64,000 nucleotides of DNA from Ruditapes philippinarum. Lineage: Eukaryota. The DNA lies in assembly GCF_026571515.1 (NCBI RefSeq), contig NW_026860787.1:1-64000 (forward strand), given 5' to 3'. Position numbers and translations under genes: made by a program. The notes below the pieces were generated by a model. That model was not told the origin of the DNA, did not search any database, and saw only the letters and a program-made list of their open reading frames with translations. Positions 1-14,001 of this stretch are shown in pieces (position 1 is the stretch's first letter; every line of letters begins with the position of its first letter).

Positions 1-1850
1 GTATTGATTTTAATGGAAAAAAATTCATGGGAGAGTAGTATAAATTCCTGTTAGATGATCAAATTTTAAAGTTGTTTGGGATAACAATGAAAGAATTTTT
101 TAGATTATCAAGGGTTTTTGCACATTTAAAAGTTTAAGGGATTTTGCTTTTTGTATATATAAGGATAATATCTACTGAAAGATAAACTGTATGTTAGTGT
201 TGGGATTTTTAATTTCCGTTTCTAAGGGCGGAAAAGAAATTTCCCGGGGGGAAAAATTCTTTTGTTTAACAGACGGGGATGAAACGAATGACCTGATTTC
301 CCCGATAAATTTAATATGAATTATAAATTTTAAAAATTTTTGAAAACCAAAAGTCTAGGGGAAATATATGTTTAAATTTTTATTTTAAAATTTCTTGGGG
401 GGGAAAAAAAAAATGTTTTTAAAATTTAAAATTATGGAAAATTTAAATTGTTTTACACAGACATGTGTTTCCAATGTTGATCATCCTATTTGGAACGTGA
501 TGTTCAGATTTCAGAAAGTTATATCTGGTTTTTCTCAAATTTTATAATTTTTTGTGTGAAAACAGATAAATTTTTCAAAAATAAAACTAAAATTCACGTG
601 TTTAATTTTTTTTTTTAAATTTCATTTTTAGGTGTGTTTTAAAAATTTAAAATGGGGTGGAGTGCAGGTGCTGTTTTAAATTTAGTGTTCACATTTTCAT
701 GAATTACATTTCTTTTTAGTTTTAAAAACACTTGGGAATTTTTTTTTTTTTATAAGTTTTTGGGAATAGGGTCCCTTAAAACTGGGGAAAAAATGTAGGG
801 CTTTTTTTATTTCAAAAAATTGGTTATTTAATAACAAACGGGGTAAAAACCTAAGGCCTTGGGGGGGGATTAAAAAATTTAAACCTGGGGGGTTAAAAAT
901 GTTTTTAATAACTTTTTTCCCCGCCAAAATTTACCCAAATTTGAAAAAAAAGTCAATTTGGGAAAAAAATTTTTGGTCTATATCTGAAAGTAATTTTGAA
1001 TTCAAAATTTTTTACTTTTTTTTAGTTATTTAGTTATACTTAAAAAAAAAAACAAGTTAAATTTAAATACAGATATATTTTGAAATCAATTTTCAAAACT
1101 CTGTTTAAAATTTTGAAATTCACCAAGGGGAAAAATTTCAAATAAAAGATGAGCATGCCCTTTTTGGGGGTGGGAAACCAAAATTAAAAGTAGTTTTTGC
1201 CCCTTGAACTTTTGTTTTAAACGCGCTTTAGCTTTTACCTAGGTTGGCCTATTTCTTTTATGTTTCAAGAAGTAATTTTAGGGGGAAACAATTTTTGTTA
1301 TAATTTAACCCGGGGGAAGGAAAACAAGAACTTTATTTTTGAATTTAATTTAATAATTAGTATTTTAAATGAAAAGGAAATTGGGTTTTTTGAAGGAATC
1401 ATTTACTGAAGGTTTTTAAAACAAAAAAGGGCTTTTTAGGGGAATTTTAAAAAAAATTATTTTAAAACCCTCCAATTTTTCCCCATTGAACATAGAAAAA
1501 AAAGGAAATGTGGTTAAATTAAAGCAAAAAACAGATGTTTTACAGTTTTACGTTCCTATAATTTTGGGGGCATGGGTAAATTTTTTATATTTACGGAGAA
1601 CCAAAAAATGGGCGGGGCCTGAAAATAAAAACCCAAAACAAATCAATGCGGGGGAAAATTTGGGTTTATTCAAAAACGGCAATTTATTTTTTTTTATTTC
1701 GTGTTAGAATGAAATTAAAAAATTCCAAAAAAGTGGTTTTTATCTCTTGGGTAACATATTGTTTGTCGTTTGGGTGCGCATTTATTTTTATCACTCGGGC
1801 TTTCGCCTCCGATTAAAATTCCCCGCAAACCGGGCTCCAAAAAGTGATGT
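1..1850. other. Low-quality, homopolymer-inflated sequence (probable unpolished contig end)
   Basis: Many long G/C/A/T runs unlike the rest of the window; ORFs here are K/F/N/G-rich junk; the left arm of a palindromic repeat at ~1700-1895 is garbled while its right arm is clean. Confidence 0.7.
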
Positions 1851-1958
1851 TATTGAGCGATAAAATCACTGTTTGGGATATATTATTTCTTAATTATTTC
1901 CAACTTACTATAGTCAGTTTATTAAAAGTTACGTTGATGACAAATTACTTTATTCCAG

Positions 1959-1979
1959 CGGAATCGTACATTATCGGAG
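1959..1979 (+). CDS. EEF2K: Candidate 21-nt microexon of eEF2K (RNRTLSE)
   Basis: ttactttattccag|CGGAATCGTACATTATCGGAG|gtatta; phase 0-0, compatible with the phase-0 exon at 9770; encodes an RxRxxS motif. No transcript evidence. Confidence 0.4.
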
Positions 1980-2404
1980 GTATTATATTAGCCGCTTCTA
2001 ACCCAGGTTACTGAGTGCTTTACCCTCAACATAACTTGCAATTTCTTGTTGCTTTACAATGATTTATTGTATTTCTTATACTAATTCCTTGTTAATGTAT
2101 ATTGTTTGAGCATTTGAATATACATTTGAGAAAGTACAGATTTATAGAGGTATAATTTGGTAGTGATACAGTTTTGGCTCTAATTTCTATTTTCTTTGCC
2201 TTACTTGTGATCAAATATGGCCGCTAAGTTAATAGTTTAATGGAGAGAAAAATCTGCGCTATTCTAAATGAATCTCTTCAAAAATATTAATACATTGCTT
2301 AAAAGTAAACTTTAAGAGAGCTACAGAAAACAGATACATGTATTTGTATATATCATAGATTATATTCTTGTTTATGATAGGAAAAGATCAAGTAGTTTGT
2401 TAGA

Positions 2405-3000
2405 TTTTTAGCTTACCCAAGCTCAAAGTGCTCAGTGGTGAGCTTATATGGTGGCATGATGCCCATTACTTATTTTTATTTGAAAACTCCTTTATACAGT
2501 GAGTATTTTCTCCCAAAAAACTGGTCAAGTTGAACTTAACTTTACAGCAATGATCCTTTGATGGTATTCTATAAAGTTTTATGAATGGTTATGAGTGATG
2601 CATAAAAAAAAAATGAAAATGAAATCCAGAAAATAATTCTAGTCAGATTCTACACCCATTGATTACTAATAGAAATTTTATAATATATTAATTACGTAAC
2701 TGGGGTCATAAGTGATCCCACCTTGATGTCTGTTATTTAAGCAAGACTTACAAGTTAAACATATTGATGCATTCCTGTGCAAGAGCTCTTATATTTGGCT
2801 AGGAAGTTTCTAGTTGGCCGATACAAAAGATGTAAAAATAAAATCCCTTGGTTCAGAATGCCCATAGGGCCACCTGTTTGATGTATAGTAAAAACTGCTT
2901 GATTGAGCTTTGAGATATGGCGTGTTACATTGTGTAGTAGACCTTTGCGAAATCTATATAACTTTATGCACCAAGCTGCATGTTAAGTTTGTGAAATAGC
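2405..3000 (+). mobile_element. Degenerate HINE/DINE-like repeat remnant
   Basis: Starts with ttttagcttacc...aagtgctcagtggtgagcttat, resembling the HINE-type termini elsewhere in the window; boundaries approximate. Confidence 0.4.
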
Positions 3001-4091
3001 AAGTTAGCCTGAGAATTTTGCCAACATTGTTACCAGCTACAATATGGTCATATCATTTGCTCAAGCTGATAGATATTATATATACAAATTCCATTTTTTC
3101 CAATGATGAAAACAAACCACCTTATACAGTCACTATACAGAGATAAAAGGAATGCTTTATTATTCTTTTTATAAGCAGCCCCCTTTACCATACCATGGCA
3201 ACAAGTATAGTTGTCAGGTAGTTCCCCTGATATGTATCTGTACAACTGAAGATATGTTATTTTACATATTGCAGATACTTTTATATAAGTCAGTATTCAC
3301 TTTAGATGATCAAAATGAGGAAGACACCTATTTTAATGTGCTATGAGATATATCTTAAGTTCCCATCTATTTAGCTTAGCTGGACATAATAACATGGATT
3401 AAATGGGCTCTGATATGGCAGCAGTTTTATTTCTGTAATTTGGTAAAACAGTGAATTTTCACTAGAATTGTGAATCCCATGCTGAAAATTGTGAAGGACT
3501 GTTGATTATAAATGGGCTTGTTCTTCATTTCCACTTACAATGTATATAAGGATTTTTCTAGTCTCAAAATTGTGAAGGACCATTGTTGATTGTGAATGGA
3601 CCTGTTATTTGGTATCAGTTACCATGATGTAAAAAAAATCACTAATTTTAACATTTTTCATAATCAAAGAACTTAGATGCTTTATATAAACAGTTATAAG
3701 AAACTTTGTTTAAATAAATAAAGTAGAACATATTTATAATTGCTTAATTAGATTATATATCATTGTATTTCATTAGTTTAAATGATATATACACCTGTAT
3801 ATTGATTATTTCACATTTAGACACTCTGACTATTGTAGTAGAAATTTCTTCTTGTAAAGGTGGTCAACCTGATCAGATCAACTTTTAAATGTCTCCAGAC
3901 TTAAGTAACTTTTATGTTTTAAATCTCAGGTGTTGAATGAAACTGCTATTTTGATAATTAATTTTTTTAAAAATTGCATCATCAAAATGAATTTGTAATT
4001 TCCTCCTACATATTACCTCCTTGCACAATCAAGATAAATAACAAACATTTAAAGGGAGACACAGGCAAAATTTTCATTTCTTAGTTTTGAT

Positions 4092-4143
4092 TTTTTAGCT
4101 CGACTATACGAAGTATATGGAGAGCTGTCCTACTCGCCCCGGC

Positions 4144-4174
<31 letters not shown>

Positions 4175-5297
4175 TCCAGATTTTAGATTAAAGTTTTGGT
4201 GCAGTAAAATATTTTTCACTATAACTTTGTCATTTCTTAAGGTATCAACTTCAAACTTCAAATATATGTTCCTTATCATCAACCACATCTTATGTGACAA
4301 GGTTCATAACTCTAGCACCAATATTTTCAGATTTATCTCCCCTTGAACTTAGAATTTTCATTAAAAAATACTATTTTTTACTGTTACTTCTTTATTTCTT
4401 AAGGGATCAACCTCATACTTCAAATATATGTACCTTATCATCATCCCCATCTTATGTGACAAGGTTCATAACTCTAGCACCAATATTTTCAGATTTATCT
4501 CCCCTTGAACTTAGAATTTTCCTTAAAAAATACTTTTTTTTACTGTTTCTTCTTTATTTCTTAAGGGATCAACCTCATACTTCAAATATATGTACCTTAT
4601 CATCATCCCCATCTTATGCGACAAGGTTCATAACTTTAACACCAATATTTTCAGATTTATCTCCCCTTGAACTTAGAATTTTCTTTAAAAAATATTATTT
4701 TTTACTGGAACTTATTTTTTTCTAAAGGGATCACTTTCATACTTCAAATAAATGTACCTTATCATCATCCATATCTTATGTGACAAGGTTCATAACTCTA
4801 GCACCAATATTGCAAGAATTATCTCCCCATCAACTTAGATTTTTTTTAATAGAAAAATGTTATTTTTTACTATAACTTTTTTAGTTTTAAAGGTATCTAC
4901 CCCAAACTTCAAATACTTATTCCTTATAATCAATTATATTTTATGTGACAATGTTCATAACTCTTGAAGTAATTTTAACAGATTTATCTCTCTTTGAACT
5001 TAGGATTTTCTTTAAGAAATATTATAACTTTGTTACTTTTTAAGGTATCTACTTCAAACTTCAAATATATACTTCTTATCATTACATACATGTTGTGTGA
5101 CAAGGTTCATAACTCTAGCGTGACTATTTCTAGAATTATTTCCCTTGATCTTGGAATTTATTTTAACAAATGTTATTTTTTTACTATAGTTTTATGCATA
5201 ATTATACTAATTGATTTTTCTTTCATAGTTTTGTCCTCCTTACTGCGTCCAGTATTTTATTAGTCGAGCTTGGCTGTCTCCTGTGACAGCTCTTGTT
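4092..5297 (+). mobile_element. Helentron-associated non-autonomous element (HINE/DINE-1-like) with ~6 x 162-bp internal tandem repeats
   Basis: Subterminal inverted repeat agctcgacta (4097) / tagtcgagct (5261); (GGCGTC)n microsatellite near the 5' end; 3' hairpin gctgtc-tcctgt-gacagc then tcttgtt; repeat anchors at 4294, 4456, 4618, 4780 (162-bp period). Confidence 0.8.
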
Positions 5298-5586
5298 TCA
5301 TTCCTAATTCTGTAAATGCCATCAAAATGAATATATTAGACAGTCAAAGGAACAAAACTTTTCTCCATATAAAGAGTAAAATGGTGGTTTCCTAACCTGA
5401 CCCGCGTGGGTCAGGTTAGAGCGCTAGGATTTTACAATAGTTGTCACAGTGAAATCTGGAAACGTTAAAGTACATGTCAAATGAATGATTTTGACTTGTT
5501 TCAATCATACAATATCCACAGTATATGTTAAAGTAACTTCAAGGATTTGTTCAAGTCACCTGAGTTGTTTTAAAACTATTCGGTGA

Positions 5587-8231
5587 TTATGCCCCCTTTT
5601 GAAAAAAAGGGGGTATATTGCTTTGCACTTGTCGGTCCGTCGGTCCGTCGGTCCGTCGGTCCGTAGACCAAATGGTTTCCGATTGATAACTAAAGAACCC
5701 TTAGGCCTAGGAACTTCAAACTTGGTATGGTGATTGGTCATGACAAGTAGATGACCCCTATTGATTTTGGGGTCAAGGGGTCAAAGGTCAAGGTCACATT
5801 GACCTTGTAAGCAAAAACGGTTTCCGATCAATAACTAAAGAACCTTAAGGCCTAGGAACTTCAAACTTGGTATGGTGATTTGTCATGATCAGTAGATGAC
5901 CCCTATTGATTTTTGGGTCAAGGGGTCAAAGGTCAAGGTCACATTGACCTTGTAAGCAAAAACGGTTTCCGATCAATAACTAAAGAACCTTAAGGCCTAG
6001 GAACTTCAAACTTGGTATGGTGATTTGTCATGATCAGTAGATGACCCCTATTGATTTTGGGTCAAGGGGTCAAAGGTCAAGGTCACATTGACCTTGTAAG
6101 CAAAAACGGTTTCCGATCAATAACTAAAGAACCTTAAGGCCTAGGAACTTCAAACTTGGTATGGTGATTTGTCATGATCAGTAGATGACCCCTATTGATT
6201 TTGGGGTCAAGGGGTCAAAGGTCAAGGTCACATTGACCTTGGAAGCAAAAACGGTTTCCGATCAATAACTAAAGAACCTTAAGGCCTAGGAACTTCAAAC
6301 TTGGTATGGTGATTTGTCATGATCAGTAGATGACCCCTATTGATTTTGGGGTCAAGGGGTCAAAGGTCAAGGTCACATTGACCTTGTAAGCAAAAACGGT
6401 TTCCGATCAATAACTAAAGAACCTTAAGGCCTAGGAACTTCAAACTTGGTATGGTGATTTGTCATGATCAGTAGATGACCCCTATTGATTTTGGGGTCAA
6501 GGGTCAAAGGTCAAGGTCACATTGATCTTGGAAGCAAAAACGGTTTCCGATCAATAACTAAAGAACCCTTAGGCCTAGGAACTTCAAACTTGGTATGGTG
6601 ATTGGTCATGATCAGTTGATGACCCCTAACGATTTTGGGGTCAAGGGGTCAAAGGTCAAGGTCACATTGACCTCTTGGGTAAAAACGGTTTCCGATCAAT
6701 AACAAAAGAACCCTTAGGCCTAGGAACTTCAAACTTGGTATGGTGATTGGTTATGACCAGCAGATGACCCCTATTGATTTTGGGGTTAAGTGGTCAAAGG
6801 TCAAGGTCACATTGACCTTGTAGGTAAAAACAGTTTCCGATCAATAACGAAAGAACCCTTAGGCCTAGGGACTTCAAACTTGATATGGTGATTGGTCATG
6901 ATCAGTAGATGACCCCTATTGATTTTGGAGTTAAGGGGTTAAAGGTCAAGGTCACATTGACCTTGTACGTAAAAATGGTTTCCGATCAATAACGAAAGAA
7001 CCCTTAGGCCTAGGGACTACAAACTTGATATGGTGATTGGTCATGATCAGTAGATGACCCCTATTGATTTTGGGGTCAAGGGGTCAAAGGTCAAGGTCAC
7101 ATTGACCTCTTAGGTAAAAACAGTTTCGGATCAATAACTAAAGAACCCTTAGGCCTAGGAACTTCAAACTTGGTATGGTGATTGGTCATGATCAGTAGAT
7201 GACCCCTATTGATTTTGGGGTCAAGGGGTCAAAGGTCAAGGTCACATTGACCTCTTAGGTAAAAGCAGTTTCCGATCAATAACTAAAGAACCCTTAGGCC
7301 TAGGAACTTCAAACTTGGTATGGTGATTGGTCATGACCAGCAGATGACCCCTACTGATTTTGGGGTTAAGGGGTCAAAGGGAAAGGTCACATTGACCTTG
7401 TAGGTAAAAATGCTTTCCGATCAATAACTTAAGAACCCTTAGGCCTAGGAACTTCAAACTTGGTATGGTGATTGGTCATGACCAGCAGATGACCTATTGT
7501 TTTTAGGGTCAAGGGGTCAAAGGTCATGTAACATTGACTTTGTAGGTTAAAACGGTTTCTGATCAATTAACTAAAAACGCTTAGGCCTAGGAACTTCAAA
7601 CTTTGTATGATGATTGGTGGTGACCAGCAGATGACCCCTATTGAGTTTTGGGTCAAGGGTCAAAGTCAAGGTCACATCGACCTTGTAAGTAAAAACGGTT
7701 TCTGATCAATAACTTAAGAACGCTTAGGCCTAGGAACTTCAAACTTGGTATGGTGATTTTTCATGACCAGCAGATTACCCCTTTCGATTTTGGGATCAAG
7801 GGGTCAAAGGTCAAGGTCCCATTGACCTTGTAAGTAAAAACGGTTTCTGATCAATAACTAAAGAACACTTGGGCCTAGGAACTTCAAACTTGGCATAATG
7901 ATTGGTCATGATCAGCAGATGACCCCTATTGATTTTGGGGTCAAAGGTCAAGGTCACATTGACCTTGTATGTTAAAACGGTTTCGGATCAATAATAAAAC
8001 AACCCTTAGGCCTAGGAACTTCAAACTTGGCATGGTGATTAGTCATGACCAGCAGATGACCCCTATTGAGTTTTGGGTCAAGGGGTCAAAGGTCAAGGTC
8101 ATGACCAGTAGATACTTGATAACCCTTATTAATTGTTTGATCACTGGGTCAGAAGTCATGCATAATTACCTTATCACATGAATAATTGGCTGCTGATAGG
8201 GGGCATACATGTTTTACAAACATATCTTGTT
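5587..8231 (+). mobile_element. HINE/DINE-like element with ~17 x 145-bp satellite array
   Basis: 5' atgccccc and 3' ggggcata inverted motif; (GTCGGTCC)n microsatellite at ~5631-5664; 3' hairpin atgttttacaaacat then cttgtt; ctaggaacttcaaacttgg recurs at 5707, 5852, 5997, 6141 etc. Confidence 0.85.
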
Positions 8232-8516
8232 CTATTGGTGTCTAAATTTTGTTCAACATATATAGATATATTTATGTTTCAAATCCAAAATATAAAGAAT
8301 TTAAAGAGAAATTCATGCTGAAACTTTTAGAAATGTCATTTTAGCGCGAGTTGAGTGCAAAATATCATTTTAATATTCTTGTCATTATTTTGCCTGAATA
8401 TCCCTTTAAATCTGTTAAAAAATGATGGTTGATATTTGCCTTAAAGTATGCCTGTGCAATTCAAAATTTCGTTTAAACTGTTGTTATTGACCGAAATTCC
8501 GTGTGAGCTATAAGTA

Positions 8517-9657
8517 CTGTAAAACACTTATTATTCGCGAGAAATTTATTTTCGCTAATATTCGCGAGTTTTCTGTGACGCGAATTCATATTTCTCGCGA
8601 ATAATTCACTTTGTCTTTACACTTGTCCGAAAATGAATACTATCCAAAAATGCGTACACATGGATATATAATTATGTTCGGGAAAGTATCAAAACCAGTT
8701 CTAGTTACACCATGTAGCTATTTAAGTGTTTCAGAATAACTGTTTTGGTATTTGGAACAAATGCTTAAGCACCTGCGAGTTCTTTGTAACATTTCTATTT
8801 GTTGTATCCTATTGTATTAAACTACAGTTTAAGCCAGAGGGTAAACATAATTGTTTACTACAGGGTAGGCAAATTACAGTACCGTTTAATTGATTTTCGT
8901 CTGCTTGCCTTTGAATGGCCAATCAGTGAAACTTTAACACTCTGCATTACTAATAACAATGCTAGAGGTACAGAGTATAATAAAATAAAACAATTTATCA
9001 CACACCCGTGCCGATTTTGCGACTCCGTAAATATGGTATTGCACGGCCGTGCATATATTTTGACGTGACGTCATTAGCGTTATACAAACATAGTGTAAAG
9101 ACGCGCTGAATGTTAGCGTTATACAAAGGCGCGTCAATGAAAATGACTCTTATTTCACTTTAAACGGTCTTTATTTTGGGTATGTGATAAATAGAATATC
9201 AAATTCGTGTAAGTTCATTACTTAATTTATTGCACTCGTTGAATAAAATAATATTATGCTCGCCAGAGGCTCGCATAATATAATTTTATTCAACTCGTGC
9301 AATAAATTCAGTATTGAACTTACACTCATTCAATATCCTCTATAAATGACAAACACAGTGAACACATTTCATATAATTATCAAACTTCATTGACATATTT
9401 TTAGACAGACGGTTTCACTTAATAAGAAAATTAGCAAGCTATCAGAAAATTCGATACGGATATATTTGCATTCGTCGCACGATAAAAGATGCAATGTTAG
9501 TGAACGGACAGGGCAGCAAAATATCCAAATGACATCGGGTTTCCAGTTTCACATTTTTCGGGAAGTCGCGAATTCATGTTGACGCGAAATAATTATTTTG
9601 GACATTTTGCCTCAAATTCGCGAAATAAGGTTCTCGCGAAAAATAAGTGTTTTACAG
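8517..9657. mobile_element. Tc1/mariner-type MITE (TA target duplication)
   Basis: TIR ctgtaaaacacttatt(a/t)ttcgcgagaa / ttctcgcgaaaaataagtgttttacag flanked by TA on both sides. Confidence 0.8.
9185..9343. mobile_element. Palindromic hairpin MITE nested in the Tc1-type MITE
   Basis: ~70-bp inverted arms (...aatttattgcactcgttgaataaaat... / ...attttattcaactcgtgcaataaatt...) around a short loop; similar architecture at ~1700-1895 and 41170-41543. Confidence 0.65.
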
Positions 9658-9769
9658 TATATAATTAAACTATTCACTGCCTCATACTTTAATACAAAGG
9701 TGGAGGATAAGATATATTTGAAACAGCTAGAGGCCATATATGTTAAATATATTGATGTTATATTTTCAG

Positions 9770-11695
9770 GAAGAAGATATCCGCAACTTCCAGTTACAAA
9801 TGCAGCAGATGCATAGACCTTCCTGTGTCGCTCTAGAAAAAGATCTCAGAAAAATGAATTTCAATGTCAAATTTAATGATTCAGCTCTTGGCAAAGTAAG
9901 TTTATTTTCTACTTTATGAAGCAGGCAGCTTTTCATTTAGAGAAAAGTATGCCTTAGTTATTAAACTAATAAACTAATGCTTTTGATTGAATGAATCATA
10001 AAAAATAGTTCTCAAATAAACCATTTAACCTGCTGAATTTCTTAAATGGACTCATCCAACTTTAATTTTTCGAACTGTCAATTATCAATTTTAGGGATGT
10101 TAAGGTTAAAATTTAAAGTTTGTCAGCTAACTGTATAGGGCAATGTCAGGCTGCATGGATGAATAGGCTGGCAAGGCTCTATACTGGTGGCGAAGGCTAA
10201 TACTTTTGATTCCAGCACTGTTTTTGTGTGCAAGAACTGGTATATTTAATCTATCAATTAAATGATAAAATATACAGAGATAAATTGTGTAAAACTAGGT
10301 ACACCATGAGCTAGCCAAGTATCATGAGATAGGTCGGTTCTGTGATAAGAAAGAAGAGGATATAGATTGGGAGTCGGCACTCTTCCACGAAGTACATGCA
10401 GCAGAGCTAGGAGAGCTGGAAGCCATATTGACATTAGCTAAACTCTATCTTGGCATGGAACATGATGTCCTCATGAATTGTCAAGTACATGGGGTATGTT
10501 TTACTTGACAATACCTTCAAATATCTGTGAAAGATATTTCAATGTTAACATTTAAACATAAAAAACATCATGAGTCTTTAAATATGCATTAAACTTTTGC
10601 AATATGTTAATTAATCATATAAATTTTCAAAAACAAAAGATGTCTCTTTTGTCTGAAAATAAGATACATATGGTGTGGTGCATGCAATTTGTTCAAAGTA
10701 TATCTGTATGAATTATTTCATATTATTTAAATGATTTTTAGGGTGTATTGAAGTAATTTCTATGTTTTGTTAAACAAATTTGGTTATTTTGTTTTCTGAT
10801 GTAAGGACAAATTTGTTATATTGTTATTTGAATTTTTTGTCTGTGCTATATTACAGGATCCAGAAGAGAATCTTGATATAGGTATAGACTACATGGTGCA
10901 AGCAGCAGATGCCGGAGATAGAGGGGCTATGATCTATGTTGCTAAGGCATTTGAGACAGGAGATGGACTTGGCAAAAAGAGGTATTCTTTCACATTAATG
11001 TATGATCTTTTTACAATAATCTATTGTATCTAATTACAATAATTGATTATTAATGAGTTTCTACCAGTCCTGCACTTAAATATGGTTAACAAAATGCATG
11101 GTTGAATGATAGCTTTTGAACAATGATAGTGTGACTCCTGGATGAGGAAAACTGCAGACTTTAGGTCATTGTTTATATATGATGTTAGACAGTACAGGTG
11201 TAATATTTATATGTTTAGAGAGCAGTCATGGGAAGATGCTATATACTGGTATGACGAGGCGTTAAACTCTGTCAACGAGCAGGATGAAGGCGGAGAGTAT
11301 GACAGTACTATGTATGATCCTCCCTATACCCTGATGGCCAGTATGGCGGACATGTATATGAAAGGAGGACATGGCCTTGAAAAAATGCCAGAGAGAGCAG
11401 GTATGTTTAATATAATAGTTCAGTGTGAAGGTATGCTAGAAATATTATTGTAGTTTTTAAACATTTACATATCTAAAACCAATTGAATATATCAGTTTCT
11501 TGTTGGGTTTATAACATGATATATCATGAGATGATATTTGTGCTCTATGTTTGAAAAATTATTCAACTATATATTACAGCGGAGTTGTATAATCAGGCAG
11601 CAGAAGGTGCTATGGCAGCTATGAAGGGGAGATTGGCCAACAAGTATTATGCCTTGGCCGAGGAGGCTGCTGCTGAGATAGAAGAGGAGGAGTAA
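9770..11695 (+). CDS. EEF2K: Eukaryotic elongation factor 2 kinase, C-terminal SEL1-like region (5' exons outside or not resolved)
   Basis: GT/AG exons 9770-9895, 10299-10493, 10857-10981, 11219-11400, 11580-11695 join in frame: HRPSCVALE..LGKVHHELAKYHEIGRFC..AAELGELEAI..AADAGDRGAMI..DEGGEYD..AMKGRLANKYY..EEEE*, matching the known eEF2K C-terminus. Confidence 0.95.
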
Positions 11696-13766
11696 TTGTA
11701 CCTCTAGATCTGATAACCTACACCTACAATATGTGACATACAGCAGTAGTGATAACCTATACTACAACTACACAATCTGACATACAGCTGTAGACACGGA
11801 CAGTAGTGATATTATACAAACTTTGATCAACATTGTATTAGAGACAAATTGTGGACTAGCCTTTGGGATTTAAATTTTTCTTGTGATTCTATGTCTTGAC
11901 CTGTTTTAAAAGTTTGGGAGATTTTTCCTTAGTTTAATTAATTGGGTCTGTTAGGCAACAGAAACAATATGTTGAATATGTTGAAACAATTTGTATGCTG
12001 GATAAGACTTGTGTTGTAAAGGTATAGTAGATTTTTCAATATAGGATTATTTGAAGGTGTTTATTTATTGAGCATTTTGAATTCCTTTGTTGTAGTTTGC
12101 TATTTCAGAGAGAATTGAGCTTATATTCTATGGTGTTTTGTACAAGCTGTTGATATACATACATACAGGGATTCATAAGAGAACACACTGTTTGTACCTC
12201 TCCAAAATTGTTATGTGATCAAACATTATGACCATTACTAAAACCTTCCATATCTAAAACTTATTCTATCTGCTGATACTTGCTGTTGAAGATAAAGGCA
12301 CTAACATGTTGTTGTTGTTGTAAGGTGACATATATTAAGCTTTGCCCTTTTCACAATTATCTGAGAAGATGTGGACTAACATGTTATACTTTGTTAGGGT
12401 AACCTTTCTATATAGATAGGTCATTTGATGATTCAGAGCTAAAAATAGCTCGATATAAATTTCTGAATTATTCAGATTTGTTCAATATAAAATTGTGATT
12501 CAATTTATTATGTGATAGGGCATTTACAGTATTTTTGTACTTCTGTAGTTTATAGAATACTCGCAAGGGTCTTTCTGTATGTATAATTGTTTAAATGTGA
12601 ATGAAATTTTGTAAAGATTATTTCATAAATACATACTTTCATGTTTTTTTTTTATGTTTTGATAGTTTTGATTTAATAGTTCCTAAATGTTGTGGTGCAG
12701 TTCATTACGTATATATGGTGCATAGATTTTGGGTTAATAATTGTCAGGAATTGATCGTTTGTTTTGTAACTTTTAAAGCTTTAAATTTGTTAATCAGTAA
12801 AGTCAATAAGCTAACTTTTCTAGTCAGTGAAACATAGAGACAATACTTTCTTAGATTTATGAGAATATTTACATTTATTGGTATGTTTTAATACTGAAAA
12901 TCTTATGATAGTACATGCATTAGGTCAAATACTAAACTTAAAATCATAGAGATGTATTTGAATTTTTGCTTTTTTAAAGATAATGATGAATTACATTTTA
13001 AGTAATTTTCATATATCTAAAGTTATTGTTATGAAAGTTTGATTAACTATTTTGGGGATTTTGCACCTATAATAGAGAAAAACATGTCATAAAACTGAAG
13101 TAACAATTTTAAAAAATAAGGGGAAATATATCACTTACTTGTACATATTTCTTGTTTTTTCATTTTCATTTATTCATGTAACCTTTTTTTGTCATTAGGT
13201 ATCATTTCTTATGTTAAATGTTGTTGATGAGTTTGTGTTAATGAAGAATGGGTCTTAAAATTAACGATTTTGTCAGGGATTTTGTGATATTTTTATACGA
13301 GTATGAATGAAATTTAGGATAGTATTTTGTATACATGTTATAAATGTGTAGTATACACATGTGTCAACTCAATCATTACATCTGTTCGGGTTTTTTGGTG
13401 TCCTTTTATTAGTTTAATTATGTAAGTGAGACCTTTTCTTTTGTCATATAAATGTTAATTTTCATAAATGATCTCTAATTGTCACCATTTTATCATAATT
13501 GTTCATACTATAAGTATGGTGAGCAGCACTTCAATGTCATGTTTTGAAAAATCCTATGTAACTTATTAAAGAATGTTTAAAAAAAATGTTTTTTTAATCC
13601 AGAGTATCAGTATTTCGCTAGTCAGTAGCTGATCTTAATTGTTTCAGTAGACAACATGAAAATTGACACCATAAAAAAGTATTTCCAGGTTTGTCAAAAT
13701 CTGTCTTAAATACAGTAAATAATGTATGTGATATTCTTGTATAATTGATTAAAACTGCAGATATAT

Positions 13767-14001
13767 GAGCCGTGTCACGACAAAACCAACATAATGGGTT
13801 TGCGACCAGCATGGATCCAGACCAGCCTGCGCATCCACGCAGTCTGATCAGGATCCATGCTGTTCGCTATCAGTTTCTCTACTTGTAATAGAGTTGGTAA
13901 GCGAACAGCATAGATCCTGATCAGACTGCGCGGATGCGCAGGCTGGTCTGGATCCATGCTGGTCGCAAACCCATTATGTTGGTTTTGTCATGGCGCGGCT
14001 C
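13767..14001. mobile_element. 235-bp palindromic MITE, Sola-like (GAG...CTC ends, TSD ATAT)
   Basis: Long TIRs; near-identical 235-bp copies at 27130, 47870, 50699. Confidence 0.85.

Noticed and set aside
697-1707. ORFs in the first 1.8 kb
   Set aside because: Products of homopolymer-rich, probably erroneous sequence; no recognisable motifs.
4294-4725. 143-aa repetitive ORF
   Set aside because: Translation of the 162-bp tandem repeat inside a HINE.
5392-5419. Perfect small hairpin ctaacctgaccc-gcgt-gggtcaggttag
   Set aside because: Too short to call an ncRNA; probably a repeat-element terminus.
5670-8110. Regular repeats resembling a CRISPR array
   Set aside because: Whole units repeat with no unique spacers, no cas genes, eukaryotic context. 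Same for 39770-41030, 44113-44885 and 46853-47381.
13618-13957. MDPDQPAH ORFs (also 50689-50889)
   Set aside because: Spurious translations of the 235-bp MITE.
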